The notes: generated from the letters alone by a model not told the origin. A DNA stretch of 64,000 nt from Candidatus Heimdallarchaeota archaeon (GCA_016840095.1 JAEOSZ010000006.1:29200-93199); one strand, 5' to 3'. Positions 29,260 through 38,899 are shown, numbered from the stretch's first letter. Made by a program: numbers and translations.

Positions 29260-30105
29260 TTATCCCATTACACTGGCAAAATAGAAGAAGAATACAAATA
29301 GTGCTATTGGAACTGCAATGGTTACAAATGCATTTACCCATGCCATTTTACCAATAACTCTCAACGATATAGATGCATATACTATCATTATAATCCATAG
29401 AATAATCATCAAGCCTTTAAAAATCCATAAAGGTATGCTTCCTCCTCCAAAATTAATAAAGTAAATGTAGTCCGCAAATTCTGAAAAACTAACAGAACCA
29501 CCTAGACCACCTGATGGTGCCATAAGCGTGAAGAAGATACCAAGAAATTCTCCAGCAGCGATTGGAGCAAGAGAATAACCGATAATAGCTCTGAACTGCT
29601 TTGTGGTTGCTTCTGAACCCAACATAGCACCAAACTTGGACATCAACCAAGTAGATATGAAAATAAACATCTTCAACATTATCCATATAACAAAAGGCAT
29701 GATGAAGAAAACAACCAAGAACAGGATAAAATTAAGTCCTATAGTAATAGTCCACTTTTCGGGATCTGAAAGTCCAGGTCCAAAAATGAATTCTGTTGAA
29801 TAATCTACACCTGATTTTAACATAACCATATAATATCTTAGTGCGAGAAACAATGAGTATAACAACAGTATAATGTTTCCTCCTTTCTTTTCTGTAGCAA
29901 TAGCTATTTCTTCACTAGTTCTGAAAGGATGTCTGAAGAAATTATACATTCTTATAAAAACTTCTTTCATTGATGGTTTGAAAGAGAACTTTTTCAGCTC
30001 ATATTCTAAAAGTCCAAAACCGCAAAACGGACAAACAGAGTATTCAAGTGGAACTGTCTCGGAACAACTAGGACATTTTTGTGTACTTTCACTCATGTTG
30101 CTCAA
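29260..30105 (-). CDS. Zinc-ribbon plus Yip1-like multi-pass membrane protein
   Basis: CPSC...CPFCG N-terminus; FFRHP, 5 TMs, IGYSLAP motif. Confidence 0.72.
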   Translation of the reverse strand: MSNMSESTQKCPSCSETVPLEYSVCPFCGFGLLEYELKKFSFKPSMKEVFIRMYNFFRHPFRTSEEIAIATEKKGGNIILLLYSLFLALRYYMVMLKSGVDYSTEFIFGPGLSDPEKWTITIGLNFILFLVVFFIMPFVIWIMLKMFIFISTWLMSKFGAMLGSEATTKQFRAIIGYSLAPIAAGEFLGIFFTLMAPSGGLGGSVSFSEFADYIYFINFGGGSIPLWIFKGLMIILWIIMIVYASISLRVIGKMAWVNAFVTIAVPIALFVFFFYFASVMG

Positions 30106-30195
30106 ATCTCTATATTGATTTATGTTTAATATCTGTTGTGGCTAGTTAATGAAAACCTTTGTGATAAATGTAAGGGGTAAAAGAAATATAAAAAA

Positions 30196-30957
30196 TCATC
30201 TTTTTGTTTTGACGAAACGCTTCTTCATAAGTCTAAGAATAGGGACAAAAGCAGTTATCAAAATCAGATAAGAAAAATCCATTGATACTCTTTTTGTAAA
30301 TCCTTCAATTTCTAAATTTGTACCCCTAAGTTCTATTGATAAATTATAGAACCCAAATGAAGTTATTCCTTTTAATAAGACTCCAGAAGTAGAATGATAA
30401 TATAGGGTAGTATATTGACCATAGTAATCAACAGTATCGAATTTCATAACGTCATAGAATTTGGGAGCATCACTAATTGAATGCTCAAAATTTCTAACTT
30501 CTTCTGTGGTAGTATTAGTAGATTGAACCATTGATTGAATATTTTGCCAATCTGAAGCATTAGCAAAGAATCCACCATTCCAGGTTCCAATACTAATAGT
30601 TAATCCAAATGCCGTATCAACATTTCTAACATTGATAAAAGTAGTATTAGTTGTAGAATTACCCAAAAACAGATAACCGCTTATGTTAGCTTCAGTTACT
30701 GACATTATTAAGAACTGTATAAAATCTCCAGCAGTAACAGACCAATTTCCAAAATAGTTAAAGGTTGGAGATGCACCATAAAAAACATTCTCAGTATCAC
30801 TTGCTTCTAAAACTTCATACGATAACAAATTTCCTAATTCCAATTCAATGGATGCTGTAACAGATTGAAAGTTTAAACATGTAATCAAGAAGAGAACAGC
30901 TGTTAATGCAAAGATGGTTGTTGATTTCTGGTTTTTTAGTAAATTCATATTGATCAT
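30196..30957 (-). CDS. Secreted cell-surface glycoprotein with C-terminal TM anchor
   Basis: Signal peptide, several N-x-S/T sequons, hydrophobic C-terminus followed by a basic tail. Confidence 0.75.
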   Translation of the reverse strand: MINMNLLKNQKSTTIFALTAVLFLITCLNFQSVTASIELELGNLLSYEVLEASDTENVFYGASPTFNYFGNWSVTAGDFIQFLIMSVTEANISGYLFLGNSTTNTTFINVRNVDTAFGLTISIGTWNGGFFANASDWQNIQSMVQSTNTTTEEVRNFEHSISDAPKFYDVMKFDTVDYYGQYTTLYYHSTSGVLLKGITSFGFYNLSIELRGTNLEIEGFTKRVSMDFSYLILITAFVPILRLMKKRFVKTKR

Positions 30958-30984
30958 TCAGAATAATTCTTCTTAAGGGAATTT

Positions 30985-31077
30985 TGGCGGACCAGGCAGG
31001 ATTCGAACCTGCGACCCCCAGCTGTCTTCAGTTTAAACTTCCGAAGGCTGGTGCCTTATCCGCTAGACTACTGGCCC
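30985..31077 (-). tRNA. tRNA-Arg(TCG), 17-nt intron at 37/38 (31024-31040), CCA encoded
   Basis: GGGCCAG/CTGGTCC acceptor stem, D arm GTCT/AGGC, anticodon stem CCAGC/GCTGG with CT-TCG-G, T arm GCAGG-TTCGAAT-CCTGC, G73-CCA; 93 minus 17 = 76 nt. Confidence 0.97.
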
Positions 31078-31179
31078 ATGCTGATTTTCTTTTTCATTAT
31101 ACTTTTTATTTCTTCTGTTGAAAGCTTATACAGAATTGTTGTTAGAATAAGGAATATAATTTTGGAAAAAGAGATAGTT

Positions 31180-32415
31180 CTATCTTGGAATTCCATTCTC
31201 AATCCATGATTTCAGGAGTCTCTCAAATTCCTTTTTCTTCTTAATTGATTGTGTTTGATATGCATAAATTTGCGACATTGCTAATCCTCCTAGTTCAACG
31301 TATGCCTCATCCATATCACAAATGGCTGATATTCTGGCTTTCCAATTTTCATCAGTGTCAGCTTGTTCTGCATAAGACATAAACAGTTTCAAAATCTTTT
31401 CGATTTTTGAAGAAACAGCTGATTCTTCTGTAACAGGTTTTGTGCTTACATCTACTTTAGCAGGTTTAGATTCTTCTCTTGGTTTAGGCTTTGGTTTAGG
31501 CTCAGGTTTAGGCTCAGCTTTTGGAGGAGGTGTTGATTCTGCTTTAGGTGCGGGTGTAGACGATGGTTTATCTTCAAGTTCTGCAAATATGTTCTCCTTA
31601 ATCATAGGTTTTGAGGAGGCACTAGATGAGGTGGGCATTGATTCTTTCTTAGGAGAATAACTAATTTTAGCAGGTTCTGTCCTTACGGGAGTTGATTCCT
31701 TCTTTTCAGAAATTGGAGTAGCGAACTTTATTTGATCTGGTGAGATTGTTTCTGCTGTCTTAGGTGCTGGCATAGAACCAGTAGAAGTTGAAACAGACAT
31801 TGGTTTTGAAGGAGATGTATAAGCATCATTGGGAACTGATAAGGTTATGTGAGGCATCTGCCTTGCATTAATGATTGCTTCTAATCCAATATCGATTGAT
31901 TCAACTACTGTTTTCAATGCAGGTGTTTCAGCTCCAAATTTCAGTACTTTTTCCTTTAAGGTTTGACTTCCAGCAGTCATTAAACTGAGTTTCTTCTTGA
32001 GATCCACATTTTCTTCTTGCAGTTTTTCTTCTCCTTTTTCTGCTTCAGTTTCAATTGATTCAATTGACCCCATAAGTGCATGCATCTGCAATTTTAGTTC
32101 TTCCCTTTCAGCATTGAATAAATCTTGCTGCAATCTTGTATCTTCAATTTCTTTATCCAAATCAACTTTTTCCTTTTGTAAATCTTCAACTAATTTAGAT
32201 AACTGATCTAGTTCTGTTGTAAGTTCACGAACTTTTTCATCTGATTGTGTTTGAGACATTTTTTCTTGGAGTTTCTCAAATAACTTAATTCTACGCATTG
32301 CTAGTTGAGGAGAAATATTTTCCTTTTGCATGAAATTAAGAATATACTCTAAATCATGAGGTTGGATGCTGTACTTCTTAAGAAGCTCTTCTATGGAAAC
32401 TGGATTTTCAGTCAT
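31180..32415 (-). CDS. Coiled-coil protein with long Pro/Ser/Thr/Lys-rich disordered linker and C-terminal helical domain
   Basis: Heptad-rich aa about 45-190, PKAEPKPEPKPKPKP linker, about 80-aa helical C-terminus. Confidence 0.8.
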   Translation of the reverse strand: MTENPVSIEELLKKYSIQPHDLEYILNFMQKENISPQLAMRRIKLFEKLQEKMSQTQSDEKVRELTTELDQLSKLVEDLQKEKVDLDKEIEDTRLQQDLFNAEREELKLQMHALMGSIESIETEAEKGEEKLQEENVDLKKKLSLMTAGSQTLKEKVLKFGAETPALKTVVESIDIGLEAIINARQMPHITLSVPNDAYTSPSKPMSVSTSTGSMPAPKTAETISPDQIKFATPISEKKESTPVRTEPAKISYSPKKESMPTSSSASSKPMIKENIFAELEDKPSSTPAPKAESTPPPKAEPKPEPKPKPKPREESKPAKVDVSTKPVTEESAVSSKIEKILKLFMSYAEQADTDENWKARISAICDMDEAYVELGGLAMSQIYAYQTQSIKKKKEFERLLKSWIENGIPR

Positions 32416-32459
32416 AACCTTCAATAGATTATACTTAGAATTAACTTAATAAAGTTTAG

Positions 32460-33581
32460 TTGTTGACGGGAAAAGGAAACGTTTTTTTATCTGGAAAGTC
32501 AATTCTCTCCAAGGTGCTTTATGTGGTTGACACTAGAGGATTAATGATTAACAGGTTAATTGTTTTATTACAGATTTTCATCTTTCCAACATATTTCTTC
32601 ATTTGGATGAATGTTGAACCAATGAAAAGTGCATCTCTGAGTGGTTTCTTCTTCTGGACAAGTAATAATCCACTGGAGGGAACAGGTGAACTAATTATTC
32701 TACGGATATTGGCTCCTATAATATTTGCACTTCCATTCACATTAGCTTCCATAATAAGAGCAACTAGAATTGCAAATTCATATGAACTCATGTGGAGAGC
32801 TATGGGAAAGGTTAGAATCGACACCAAAGTTTTCTATATGGTTAATGCTATGTTCTGTTTATTCTTCTTAATTTTCCCTTTTACCGCTCCAATTATTGCA
32901 GTTTTTGGATCCTTCTTTGCGGTTAAGTTAATTTTACATGCTTTTGGTATCAAGAAAAATGTTCCTACTATTCTTGTTGTTATTCCTGGATTGTTTCTTG
33001 CAGCAATTCCATTAATGATTACAATATCATTTTTTGCTCAGTATTCTACAATATTTGTACCTATATGGCAAATTTGGACAGGGTATTCTCCAATCTTCTA
33101 CGGGATTGTTTTATGTTTAGCATGTGCTATGGCAATTGGAAATTTCATCATGTTTCTACGAGAAGGAGCATCTGAAGTATCTTATACAAAAACAATATCA
33201 GATCGCATAGGTTTGTTTATTAAAATTTTATTATTTGTTGGGATTCTTATGCTGTTTATCTTTGTAGATAATAATGGAGCATCTTTAGCTGATTGGAATT
33301 CTTCAGGACTTGCTATGTTCATAATTAACATCGTTGCCATAGTCTTAGGTGGTTTTGAAACAATTGTAAGATGGCGTAAGGGACATGCTAAAGAAGGTGG
33401 AGGTGGTGGAGGGGCTGGAACTCTTATGGTACCTATCTTCATTGGTGTAAATTTCTTTATCAGATATTTTGCACGACCAGACATAGTTGTTACAATTATA
33501 GTATCAATCTCAGCTCTTATCTTCTTTGGGCTTTTCATAGCTGCATACAGATATGCTAATGATGAAACACTATTTGAGTAA
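32460..33581 (+). CDS. Polytopic membrane protein of unknown function
   Basis: About 10 hydrophobic segments, Gly-rich loop EGGGGGGAG; true start probably downstream of 32460. Confidence 0.8.
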   Translation: MLTGKGNVFLSGKSILSKVLYVVDTRGLMINRLIVLLQIFIFPTYFFIWMNVEPMKSASLSGFFFWTSNNPLEGTGELIILRILAPIIFALPFTLASIIRATRIANSYELMWRAMGKVRIDTKVFYMVNAMFCLFFLIFPFTAPIIAVFGSFFAVKLILHAFGIKKNVPTILVVIPGLFLAAIPLMITISFFAQYSTIFVPIWQIWTGYSPIFYGIVLCLACAMAIGNFIMFLREGASEVSYTKTISDRIGLFIKILLFVGILMLFIFVDNNGASLADWNSSGLAMFIINIVAIVLGGFETIVRWRKGHAKEGGGGGGAGTLMVPIFIGVNFFIRYFARPDIVVTIIVSISALIFFGLFIAAYRYANDETLFE

Positions 33582-33602
33582 TTGAATCACTAAGGTTTAT
33601 CA

Positions 33603-33623
33603 AGGAATTGACAAACAATTCCT
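33603..33623. promoter_or_regulatory. Perfect 8-bp inverted repeat upstream of the atpE TATA-like box
   Basis: AGGAATTG-ACAAA-CAATTCCT followed by AAAATTTTTATAT. Confidence 0.45.
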
Positions 33624-33691
33624 AACCAAAATTTTTATATGCCGACTTATGAAGACCTTATCAAATTCTCCCTAAGTCTGAGAGGGTTCCA

Positions 33692-34315
33692 ATGAGTGAC
33701 AATCCAGAAATTACTAAAAAGATTGAAGAAAACACAGAGAAGCTAATAAAAGAAATTTTAGCTGATCAGAAAAAAGCAATCACTGAAATTAATAAAGGAA
33801 CAGAAGATAAAATCAAGGGAATTCAAGGCAAGATTGTAGAAGATGCAAAAACCAAAGCAGATTCTGAATTTATGAAAGAGAAAGCTAAGAAAGAACTTGA
33901 ACTTAAACTTCAAATTACAAAATATCGAGACGAACTGGTTTCTGATTTGATTAACAAAGCTAAAGAAAAGATATCTAATCTCATAGGGACAAAAGAATAT
34001 AGTAAAAATCTTGAAAAATTAGTTTTAGAAGCGGCTTTAACTCTTAAGCAACCTGAGATTTCCATCTTATGTAGAAAAGAGGACAAGGACATATTCTCTA
34101 AACAGTTCTTTGATAATGTTTCCAAACAATTTACAGATAAACAACTAAAGGTGAAATTTAACGTTTCAAGTAATTTCATCAAATCAATGGGTGGAGTAAA
34201 GGTGGAAACAGCTGATGGAAGAATCAGCATTGACAATACTTATGAGAAGAGGATTGAAAGGTCATTAGATGATTTGAAAAGAGAGTTATCATTATTACTT
34301 ACACAAGAAGGTTGA
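33692..34315 (+). CDS. atpE: A/V-type ATP synthase subunit E
   Basis: Long N-terminal helix, CRKEDKD, MGGVKVETADGRISIDNTYEKR. Confidence 0.9.
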   Translation: MSDNPEITKKIEENTEKLIKEILADQKKAITEINKGTEDKIKGIQGKIVEDAKTKADSEFMKEKAKKELELKLQITKYRDELVSDLINKAKEKISNLIGTKEYSKNLEKLVLEAALTLKQPEISILCRKEDKDIFSKQFFDNVSKQFTDKQLKVKFNVSSNFIKSMGGVKVETADGRISIDNTYEKRIERSLDDLKRELSLLLTQEG

Positions 34316-34320
34316 TTTCT

Positions 34321-34917
34321 ATGAATAAAAAAATCTGGATAAAAGCAAGTGTGTTTCTTTTATTAGCTGTCTTCATGTTAAACCCTCATGCAAACGTTTC
34401 AAGAGCACAATCGGATCAATATATAGGTGCTTTTAATGGCCGTATGTCAACTACTAGCATCATTAGAAACAGTAGAGTTACCATACAAGCAACACTTGTT
34501 AACTTCGGAGATTTAGATATTGAGGTTGTATCCTTTAATGCTGAGTTTGTTCACACAGGTGGTAATGACAGATTCAACACAACCTACACCATATCCTATG
34601 ATGCTTATCATAGAACAATCGAACCTGGAGATAGTATAACAGGTACTCTTAGAGAAGAAATTACCAGTCCAGAAGCAGAATATAATGTAACTATTTACTT
34701 CGAAGCTACAGATTCTTATCACCCGCATGACCAATTTGGTGCCATACCTATAGCTTACATAGCTGCAGAAAACATCACTGTATCTGTTGTTGACTTTGGA
34801 GGACCTTCAAACATAATTATAGGTGTTGGTTTAGCATTTGCAGGAATTGTAGGTATTGTAGTAATTGTAATCATCTATGGTTGGTTAAAGGAAAAACTTG
34901 CCAAAAGAAAGTATTAG
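34321..34917 (+). CDS. Secreted Ig-like protein with C-terminal TM anchor
   Basis: Signal peptide, beta-strand-rich core (TLVNFG, IEPGDS), TM plus KKLAKRKY-type basic tail. Confidence 0.75.
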   Translation: MNKKIWIKASVFLLLAVFMLNPHANVSRAQSDQYIGAFNGRMSTTSIIRNSRVTIQATLVNFGDLDIEVVSFNAEFVHTGGNDRFNTTYTISYDAYHRTIEPGDSITGTLREEITSPEAEYNVTIYFEATDSYHPHDQFGAIPIAYIAAENITVSVVDFGGPSNIIIGVGLAFAGIVGIVVIVIIYGWLKEKLAKRKY

Positions 34918-34929
34918 TTGATTTAGTAT

Positions 34930-35400
34930 CTAAGTTAAACTCAATAACCAGTTTTGAGGAAGGTAAACCAAGCCTTCTTTAATCATTTGCAATATAATTT
35001 TTTCAAGTTTTTTTAAATTAATATCAAATAAATCACAGCTCTTAATCAAATCATCTAAGGTTCCGGAAATATTGTTTCTTATTAGATGCAAGACTGTTTC
35101 GGTTAATGAAGCAGAAGGAACATCTGGAAGCTCAATTCGTTTTTGTGAATGTTCTTCTATTAAATTGGAAATCAAGTCAATTTGAGTATCAGCAATGGTA
35201 AAGAATTTTTCTGCTAAACTTGAATTTAGAGTTTTAACTTCTAAAAAACCATCACAGTTAAATGAAGATTTTTCACAAATTATTGCTTCACCTGGAAAAT
35301 AAGTCTCTATTTTTCCACAACTTCTGCAGAATCTGTGCTGATATCTATCTGGTATTTCATTTATTGTTTCACAATTAGAGCATCGAAAAAGAATTCTCAT
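34930..35400 (-). CDS. Zinc-ribbon plus C-terminal winged-helix protein (DUF1922-like)
   Basis: FRCSNC...FCRSCG; LEKIILQMIKEGLVYLP; ATGA overlap with trmI. Confidence 0.7.
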   Translation of the reverse strand: MRILFRCSNCETINEIPDRYQHRFCRSCGKIETYFPGEAIICEKSSFNCDGFLEVKTLNSSLAEKFFTIADTQIDLISNLIEEHSQKRIELPDVPSASLTETVLHLIRNNISGTLDDLIKSCDLFDINLKKLEKIILQMIKEGLVYLPQNWLLSLT

Positions 35401-36206
35401 TGATCTACTTCCTTGAACACTTTTCGAGCGAAAATCAGATAGCCAGTATGACCGATCATTCGAGTATTTGGCCTAATAGCATGTGGTTTAAGTTGAAAAT
35501 CTCTTTTAATTAGTTCGTGAGCTTTAATATCATCAAAATCGAATTCTGAAAATGTTGTAATAACTCGCTCAATTTGATTAAATGTTGGTAAGAAAACTGT
35601 TAGTATCCCACCATATTTTAGAGATTCATAAGCATGTGGAATCACAATGCAGGGATCCCCCAGATCAAGAACTATAGCATCAACATTTTTCTCTTCAAAT
35701 CCAGTTGAAACATCTTTTAGTTTCATTGATACGTTTGTTTCAACTCCGATACGAGAAAGATTTTCCTTTGCAGTTTCAAATGCTGTTTCTCTATTTTCAT
35801 ATGTGTAAACTTGTCCTGTTTGACCGACATATGTTGCAAGTATTGATGTTAAAGCTCCACTTCCAGTTCCTGCTTCAATAACACGACTACCTGGTTTTAT
35901 TCCTCCGTTCATCAAAATTGAACCTGCATCCTTTGTATAAATTATCTGAGAACTGTGCGGTATCTGTTTAAGAAAATCACTAGGAATAGGATCGTAAATA
36001 GTTAAGTAGACTGATTTGTTTGTAATTACTTTGGTTCCATATGGTTTTCCAATTATATGGTCAAAATCAAAAAATCCTTTGTGGCAATGAAATTGTTTTC
36101 CACTAATCGCTCTAGTTAACCATCTTTTTCTTTCATCTAAGACAATAAGTATGTCTGAACCATCCTTGATTATTCCTTTATCATTAGAAACTTTCATGAA
36201 ATCCAT
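35397..36206 (-). CDS. trmI: tRNA (adenine-N1)-methyltransferase TrmI/Trm61
   Basis: QIIYTKD, EAGTGSGALT, LDLGDP, PTFNQ, RP...MIGHTGYL. Confidence 0.95.
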   Translation of the reverse strand: MDFMKVSNDKGIIKDGSDILIVLDERKRWLTRAISGKQFHCHKGFFDFDHIIGKPYGTKVITNKSVYLTIYDPIPSDFLKQIPHSSQIIYTKDAGSILMNGGIKPGSRVIEAGTGSGALTSILATYVGQTGQVYTYENRETAFETAKENLSRIGVETNVSMKLKDVSTGFEEKNVDAIVLDLGDPCIVIPHAYESLKYGGILTVFLPTFNQIERVITTFSEFDFDDIKAHELIKRDFQLKPHAIRPNTRMIGHTGYLIFARKVFKEVDQ

Positions 36207-36257
36207 TCTAATGAAGAAAAGAAAGAATAAAAATGTATTTTTCTAGTAGAAAAAGCG

Positions 36258-37070
36258 CTAAATTTTCCTTCCGTACATTTTGTAGGTACTTCTTCCAATT
36301 AATTGTATAGCCTGCTTTCTTGTTAAGAGACGCCTTACAAGAAAAGTTACCATTTTATTAATAATACCAGGAGCAAAAATAGGTTTTTTCCCTAATTTTG
36401 CAATTGACTCTTTTGCTACTTTCATTGGATCCATTGGTTCAGGAACTAAAATACCAGGATTGTCTGGTTCTGTAGCAATATAATTTGGAGTTTTTGTATT
36501 TCCTGCTGCACAAGCTAAAACATCTATATTGTGGGCTTTTAGCTCATACCATAATCCCTCTGCCAAGATAGCATTATATGCTTTAGTTGCAGAATAATGA
36601 ACTGTTAAAGGGGTCCCTTGATAGCCAGCCATGGAACTAAGTAAGATGATTCCACCTCTTTTTCTACTCTTCATTAACTTGCCAAAATGATCAACTAGAA
36701 TTGTTGGTCCCCTGCAATTAATGTTAATAGTCCTAAGATGTTCCTCAATGTCAGAATTTAGAAACAATCCTATGGGAATAATAGCTGCATTATAAACTAG
36801 AATATTAATTTCAATATCCTTGGTATGTTCTTCTAGAATACTAATCACAGATAATTCAGCTAAATCCGCACTAATTGTTCGTACTTCCACACCATAAGTT
36901 GAAGTTATTTCAGTTGAAATCCTATTAAGTAAAGATTTTCTCCTTGCGACTAAAACCAAATTTAATCCTTTTGTTGCTAATATTCTAGCAAAGGCCTCAC
37001 CGATTCCTTGAGAACCACCAGCAATTAATGCCCAAGGTCCGTATTTTTGTTTAAATTTTTCTTTTTTCAT
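36258..37070 (-). CDS. Short-chain dehydrogenase/reductase (17beta-HSD/DltE-like)
   Basis: KYGPWALIAGGSQGIG, NLVLVARR, YNAA, YSATK. Confidence 0.92.
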   Translation of the reverse strand: MKKEKFKQKYGPWALIAGGSQGIGEAFARILATKGLNLVLVARRKSLLNRISTEITSTYGVEVRTISADLAELSVISILEEHTKDIEINILVYNAAIIPIGLFLNSDIEEHLRTININCRGPTILVDHFGKLMKSRKRGGIILLSSMAGYQGTPLTVHYSATKAYNAILAEGLWYELKAHNIDVLACAAGNTKTPNYIATEPDNPGILVPEPMDPMKVAKESIAKLGKKPIFAPGIINKMVTFLVRRLLTRKQAIQLIGRSTYKMYGRKI

Positions 37071-37190
37071 GTTAGGAATTGCATTCTATAGAAGTTGAAT
37101 ATAAAACTTAAGCAAATAAAAACTACAAAGGAATATTGGTGTATTTCTATTATATTGTAAAAGCATAGAAATAAAAGAGAAAAGAAGGAG

Positions 37191-38516
37191 TTAGAGGAAG
37201 TTTTTCTCTTTTAAAACATCTTTTAGTTTAGGAAATCCAATTTCTTCAAGCTCGTATTTCACTCTAACTATCGGTTTATTGACTTTAATCAATCGAGTAA
37301 TATCTATCGGAGTTGCAGAAACAACCACTTCACAATCTGTGTTATTAATAGTATCTTCTAAATCCTTAAGCTGTTGATCGAAGTAACCCATAGCAGGTAG
37401 AAGTGTTCCAATTTCAGGGTAATGTTCGAATGTTTCTTTCATACTACCTACTAGATATGGTCGAGGATCAACTAGTTCTTTTGCCCCAAATCTTCTAGCA
37501 GCTACAACACCGGCTCCATATTTCATTTCGCCGTGAGTTAAGGTAGGTCCATCTTCAATTACAAGAACTCTTTTCCCTTTAACTAACTTAGGATTATCTA
37601 CAAAAATTGGTGATGCTGCTTCAATTATTATTGCATTAGGATTAACTCTTCGAATATTCTCTTCTAGCTCCATCACATTCTTGTAATCTGTTGTGGTTAT
37701 CTTGTTCACAACAACAACATCAGCTAGGTTAAGAGTTGTTTCTCCGGGATGATATGTTGTTTCATGACCCACCCTATGAGGATCAGCTACTACAATTTGC
37801 AAATCTGGTTGGTAAAATGAAAAATCATTATTACCACCATCCCAAAGAATCACATCTGCTTCTTTTTCTGCTTCTCTTAAAATAGCTTCATAATCTACTC
37901 CAGAGTAAATGACTAAACCTCTATCAATATATGGTTCATATTCTTCTCTTTCTTCAATTGTTGTTTCATGTTTATCTAAATCAGAATATTCAGCAAATCT
38001 TTGAACTGCTTGTTTGGCTAAGTCTCCATATGGCATAGGATGGCGTATTGCCACTATCTTTTTACCAGCATCAGTTAGTAACTGAACAATTTTTCGTGAT
38101 GTTTGTGATTTACCACTTCCAGTTCTTACTGCACAGACACTAATCAAAGGTTTTGTGCTTTTTATCATGGTACCTTTAGTACCCAACAAGGTAAAAGCTG
38201 CTCCACATGCATTTACAAGTGATGCTTTATGCATGACGTATTCGTGTGTGACATCAGAATATGAAAAAACCACTTCATCTACATCATATTTTTTGATAAC
38301 TTCTACTAGTTCAGTTTCATCATAAATTGGTATACCCTCAGGATATAACTCGCCAGAGAGTTCAGCAGGATATTTACGATCTACAATATCAGGAATTTGA
38401 GTAGCTGTAAAAGCCACAACCTCATATGATTCGTTAGTTCGATAATATGTATTAAAATTGTGAAAGTCCCTTCCTGCTGCTCCCATAATCAATATTTTTC
38501 TTCGTTTTGTGCTCAT
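37191..38516 (-). CDS. COG2403 P-loop ligase (cyclic 2,3-diphosphoglycerate synthetase-like; possible arginine synthetase)
   Basis: GAAGRDFHNFN, AVRTGSGKSQTSR, RHPMPYG, TIEEREEYEP, WDGGNND, EDGPTLTHGEM, LPAMGY. Confidence 0.88.
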   Translation of the reverse strand: MSTKRRKILIMGAAGRDFHNFNTYYRTNESYEVVAFTATQIPDIVDRKYPAELSGELYPEGIPIYDETELVEVIKKYDVDEVVFSYSDVTHEYVMHKASLVNACGAAFTLLGTKGTMIKSTKPLISVCAVRTGSGKSQTSRKIVQLLTDAGKKIVAIRHPMPYGDLAKQAVQRFAEYSDLDKHETTIEEREEYEPYIDRGLVIYSGVDYEAILREAEKEADVILWDGGNNDFSFYQPDLQIVVADPHRVGHETTYHPGETTLNLADVVVVNKITTTDYKNVMELEENIRRVNPNAIIIEAASPIFVDNPKLVKGKRVLVIEDGPTLTHGEMKYGAGVVAARRFGAKELVDPRPYLVGSMKETFEHYPEIGTLLPAMGYFDQQLKDLEDTINNTDCEVVVSATPIDITRLIKVNKPIVRVKYELEEIGFPKLKDVLKEKNFL

Positions 38517-38610
38517 TGTTAGCCCTCAACGCCTTATATTCCGAACTATTAGACAAGTATTAAAAAATTTGTGATTTACTAGCAATAAATAGAATATTCT
38601 CTGAAAAGAT

Positions 38611-38871
38611 TTATTTTTTTGCAATTTTCCAGTTAATTCGCCATTGCATGAGAAAGATCACCCCAATAGCAACGAAGAGACCTACAAAAGTTGCTACAAT
38701 GAGCGAGATATTACGTGTTGTTGAAGAAGCATTTTTAGTTGCATAAAAAGCAATTAACATACCACCAATACTAAAGATAAATGGGGCAGTAAACCCTAAA
38801 GCAAGCATCTTCTTAGTAACTACAGGAGATTCCTTTTCACTCATTCTATCATCAAATTGAGTGAATAACAT
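38611..38871 (-). CDS. Small two-TM membrane protein
   Basis: Two hydrophobic helices; likely start at MSEKE. Confidence 0.65.
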   Translation of the reverse strand: MLFTQFDDRMSEKESPVVTKKMLALGFTAPFIFSIGGMLIAFYATKNASSTTRNISLIVATFVGLFVAIGVIFLMQWRINWKIAKK

Positions 38872-38899
38872 TAAAATCTTATTGAAAGAATACTGTTAA

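Noticed and set aside
30960-31180. tRNA-Arg as an integration site
   Set aside because: No duplicated tRNA 3' end and no integrase noticed in the window; flanking genes look chromosomal
31480-31530. GGTTTAGGCT-type short tandem repeats
   Set aside because: They encode the PKPE/PKPK linker of the coiled-coil protein; not an independent DNA repeat
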